The translations under genes and the position numbers were made by a program. A stretch of 32,000 nucleotides of DNA from Promethearchaeum syntrophicum (lineage in GTDB: Archaea > Asgardarchaeota > Lokiarchaeia > Sigyniarchaeales > Promethearchaeaceae). Of this stretch, positions 31,525-32,000 are shown piece after piece (the stretch's first letter is position 1; the number at the start of each line of letters is the position of its first letter). The stretch covers positions 870,001-902,000 of the forward strand of contig NZ_CP042905.2 of assembly GCF_008000775.2 (NCBI RefSeq). The letters run 5' to 3'. The notes under the pieces are model-generated. The model saw only the letters and a program-made list of their open reading frames with translations, did not search any database and was not told where the DNA came from.

Positions 31525-31896
31525 GTGGTCGTAATTATGCCTCCTACAAAAAAAAAATCGACTCAAAAAAAACGAACTAGTGGAAAACGTTCAAACTGGA
31601 AAAATCTCAAGCGAGATTCTCGAGGTCGATGGATTTCATCAAAAATAACCAAAACAACAATTGTTAAGAAAAAAAAATTTCCCAAAAAGGATTTAAAGAA
31701 GAAATCTAGTGATATTAAAGAGGAAAAAAAAGTAACTAAAATTCTAAGTCAAATGGAGCAAAATTTTGCAGTCGATTGTCCACGGTGTTCCGGCGATTTA
31801 AAACGTGTTAGAATTCGGTGCGGACCTGATCGATTAATTACTGTAAATAAATGTATTATTTGTAACTATTGGATACCATTAAGTGAAGATAAATAA
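31525..31896 (+). CDS. Lys-rich basic protein with a C-terminal zinc ribbon
   Basis: About 80 aa of K/R/S/T-rich sequence, then CPRCSGDL...CIICNYW. The ATG at 31537 (MPPTKKK) is probably the start. Confidence 0.5.
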   Translation: MVVIMPPTKKKSTQKKRTSGKRSNWKNLKRDSRGRWISSKITKTTIVKKKKFPKKDLKKKSSDIKEEKKVTKILSQMEQNFAVDCPRCSGDLKRVRIRCGPDRLITVNKCIICNYWIPLSEDK

Positions 31897-31897
31897 A

Positions 31898-32000
31898 TCA
31901 AAGTGAATCATCCAAAAAGGGTTCCAGATCCGGATGATTTTGCCCTCCTTCTAAGAATTTCTTTGCATTATTAACATAAGCTATGGCAGCTTGTTCATTT
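31898..32000 (-). CDS. 3' end of an unidentified CDS entering from the right edge
   Basis: The minus-strand frame is open from the window edge to the TGA at 31898..31900 (...NEQAAIAYVNNAKKFLEGGQNHPDLEPFLDDSL*). It is too short to identify. Confidence 0.3.
   Translation of the reverse strand, partial: NEQAAIAYVNNAKKFLEGGQNHPDLEPFLDDSL

Overview
This is an AT-rich archaeal chromosomal window, by eye about two-thirds A+T (not computed), and it is densely coding on both strands. The archaeal call rests on two intron-containing tRNA genes, TATA-like promoter boxes and oligo-T terminators. A Rab/Ras-type small GTPase plus two Roadblock/LC7-like domain fusions suggest an Asgard (Lokiarchaeia-like) genome; that is inference only, since no marker genes are present.

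Most of the content is housekeeping or accessory metabolism and transport:
- NitT/TauT-type ABC transporter parts, three MFS transporters and an AhpD/CMD-family protein
- a flavin reductase, a PNPOx-like protein and an ICMT-family methyltransferase
- an M42/TET aminopeptidase, an SDR, a Ddl-like ATP-grasp protein and MtnA
- an MBL-fold hydrolase and a transglutaminase-like protein

Features worth a second look:
1. A Roadblock-HisKA-REC protein with no ATPase domain.
2. An MFS transporter with a C-terminal Roadblock-like domain.
3. A Rab-like GTPase.
4. A tRNA-adjacent trio: a CopG/RHH gene tightly abutting a DTGF retropepsin-like protease gene, followed by a Zn-finger/HIRAN protein.
5. An intact IS4/ISH3-type insertion sequence with 19-bp inverted repeats.
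6. A tRNA(CAU) gene with two insertions.
7. A membrane protein with a eukaryote-like RGG/aromatic low-complexity N-terminus and a double zinc ribbon.
8. A near-perfect 60-bp in-frame tandem repeat encoding an Arg-rich tail.

I saw no rRNA genes, CRISPR arrays or integrases. Many ORF-track starts are TTG or GTG, so N-termini are uncertain. All domain calls come from reading motifs by eye, not from database searches.
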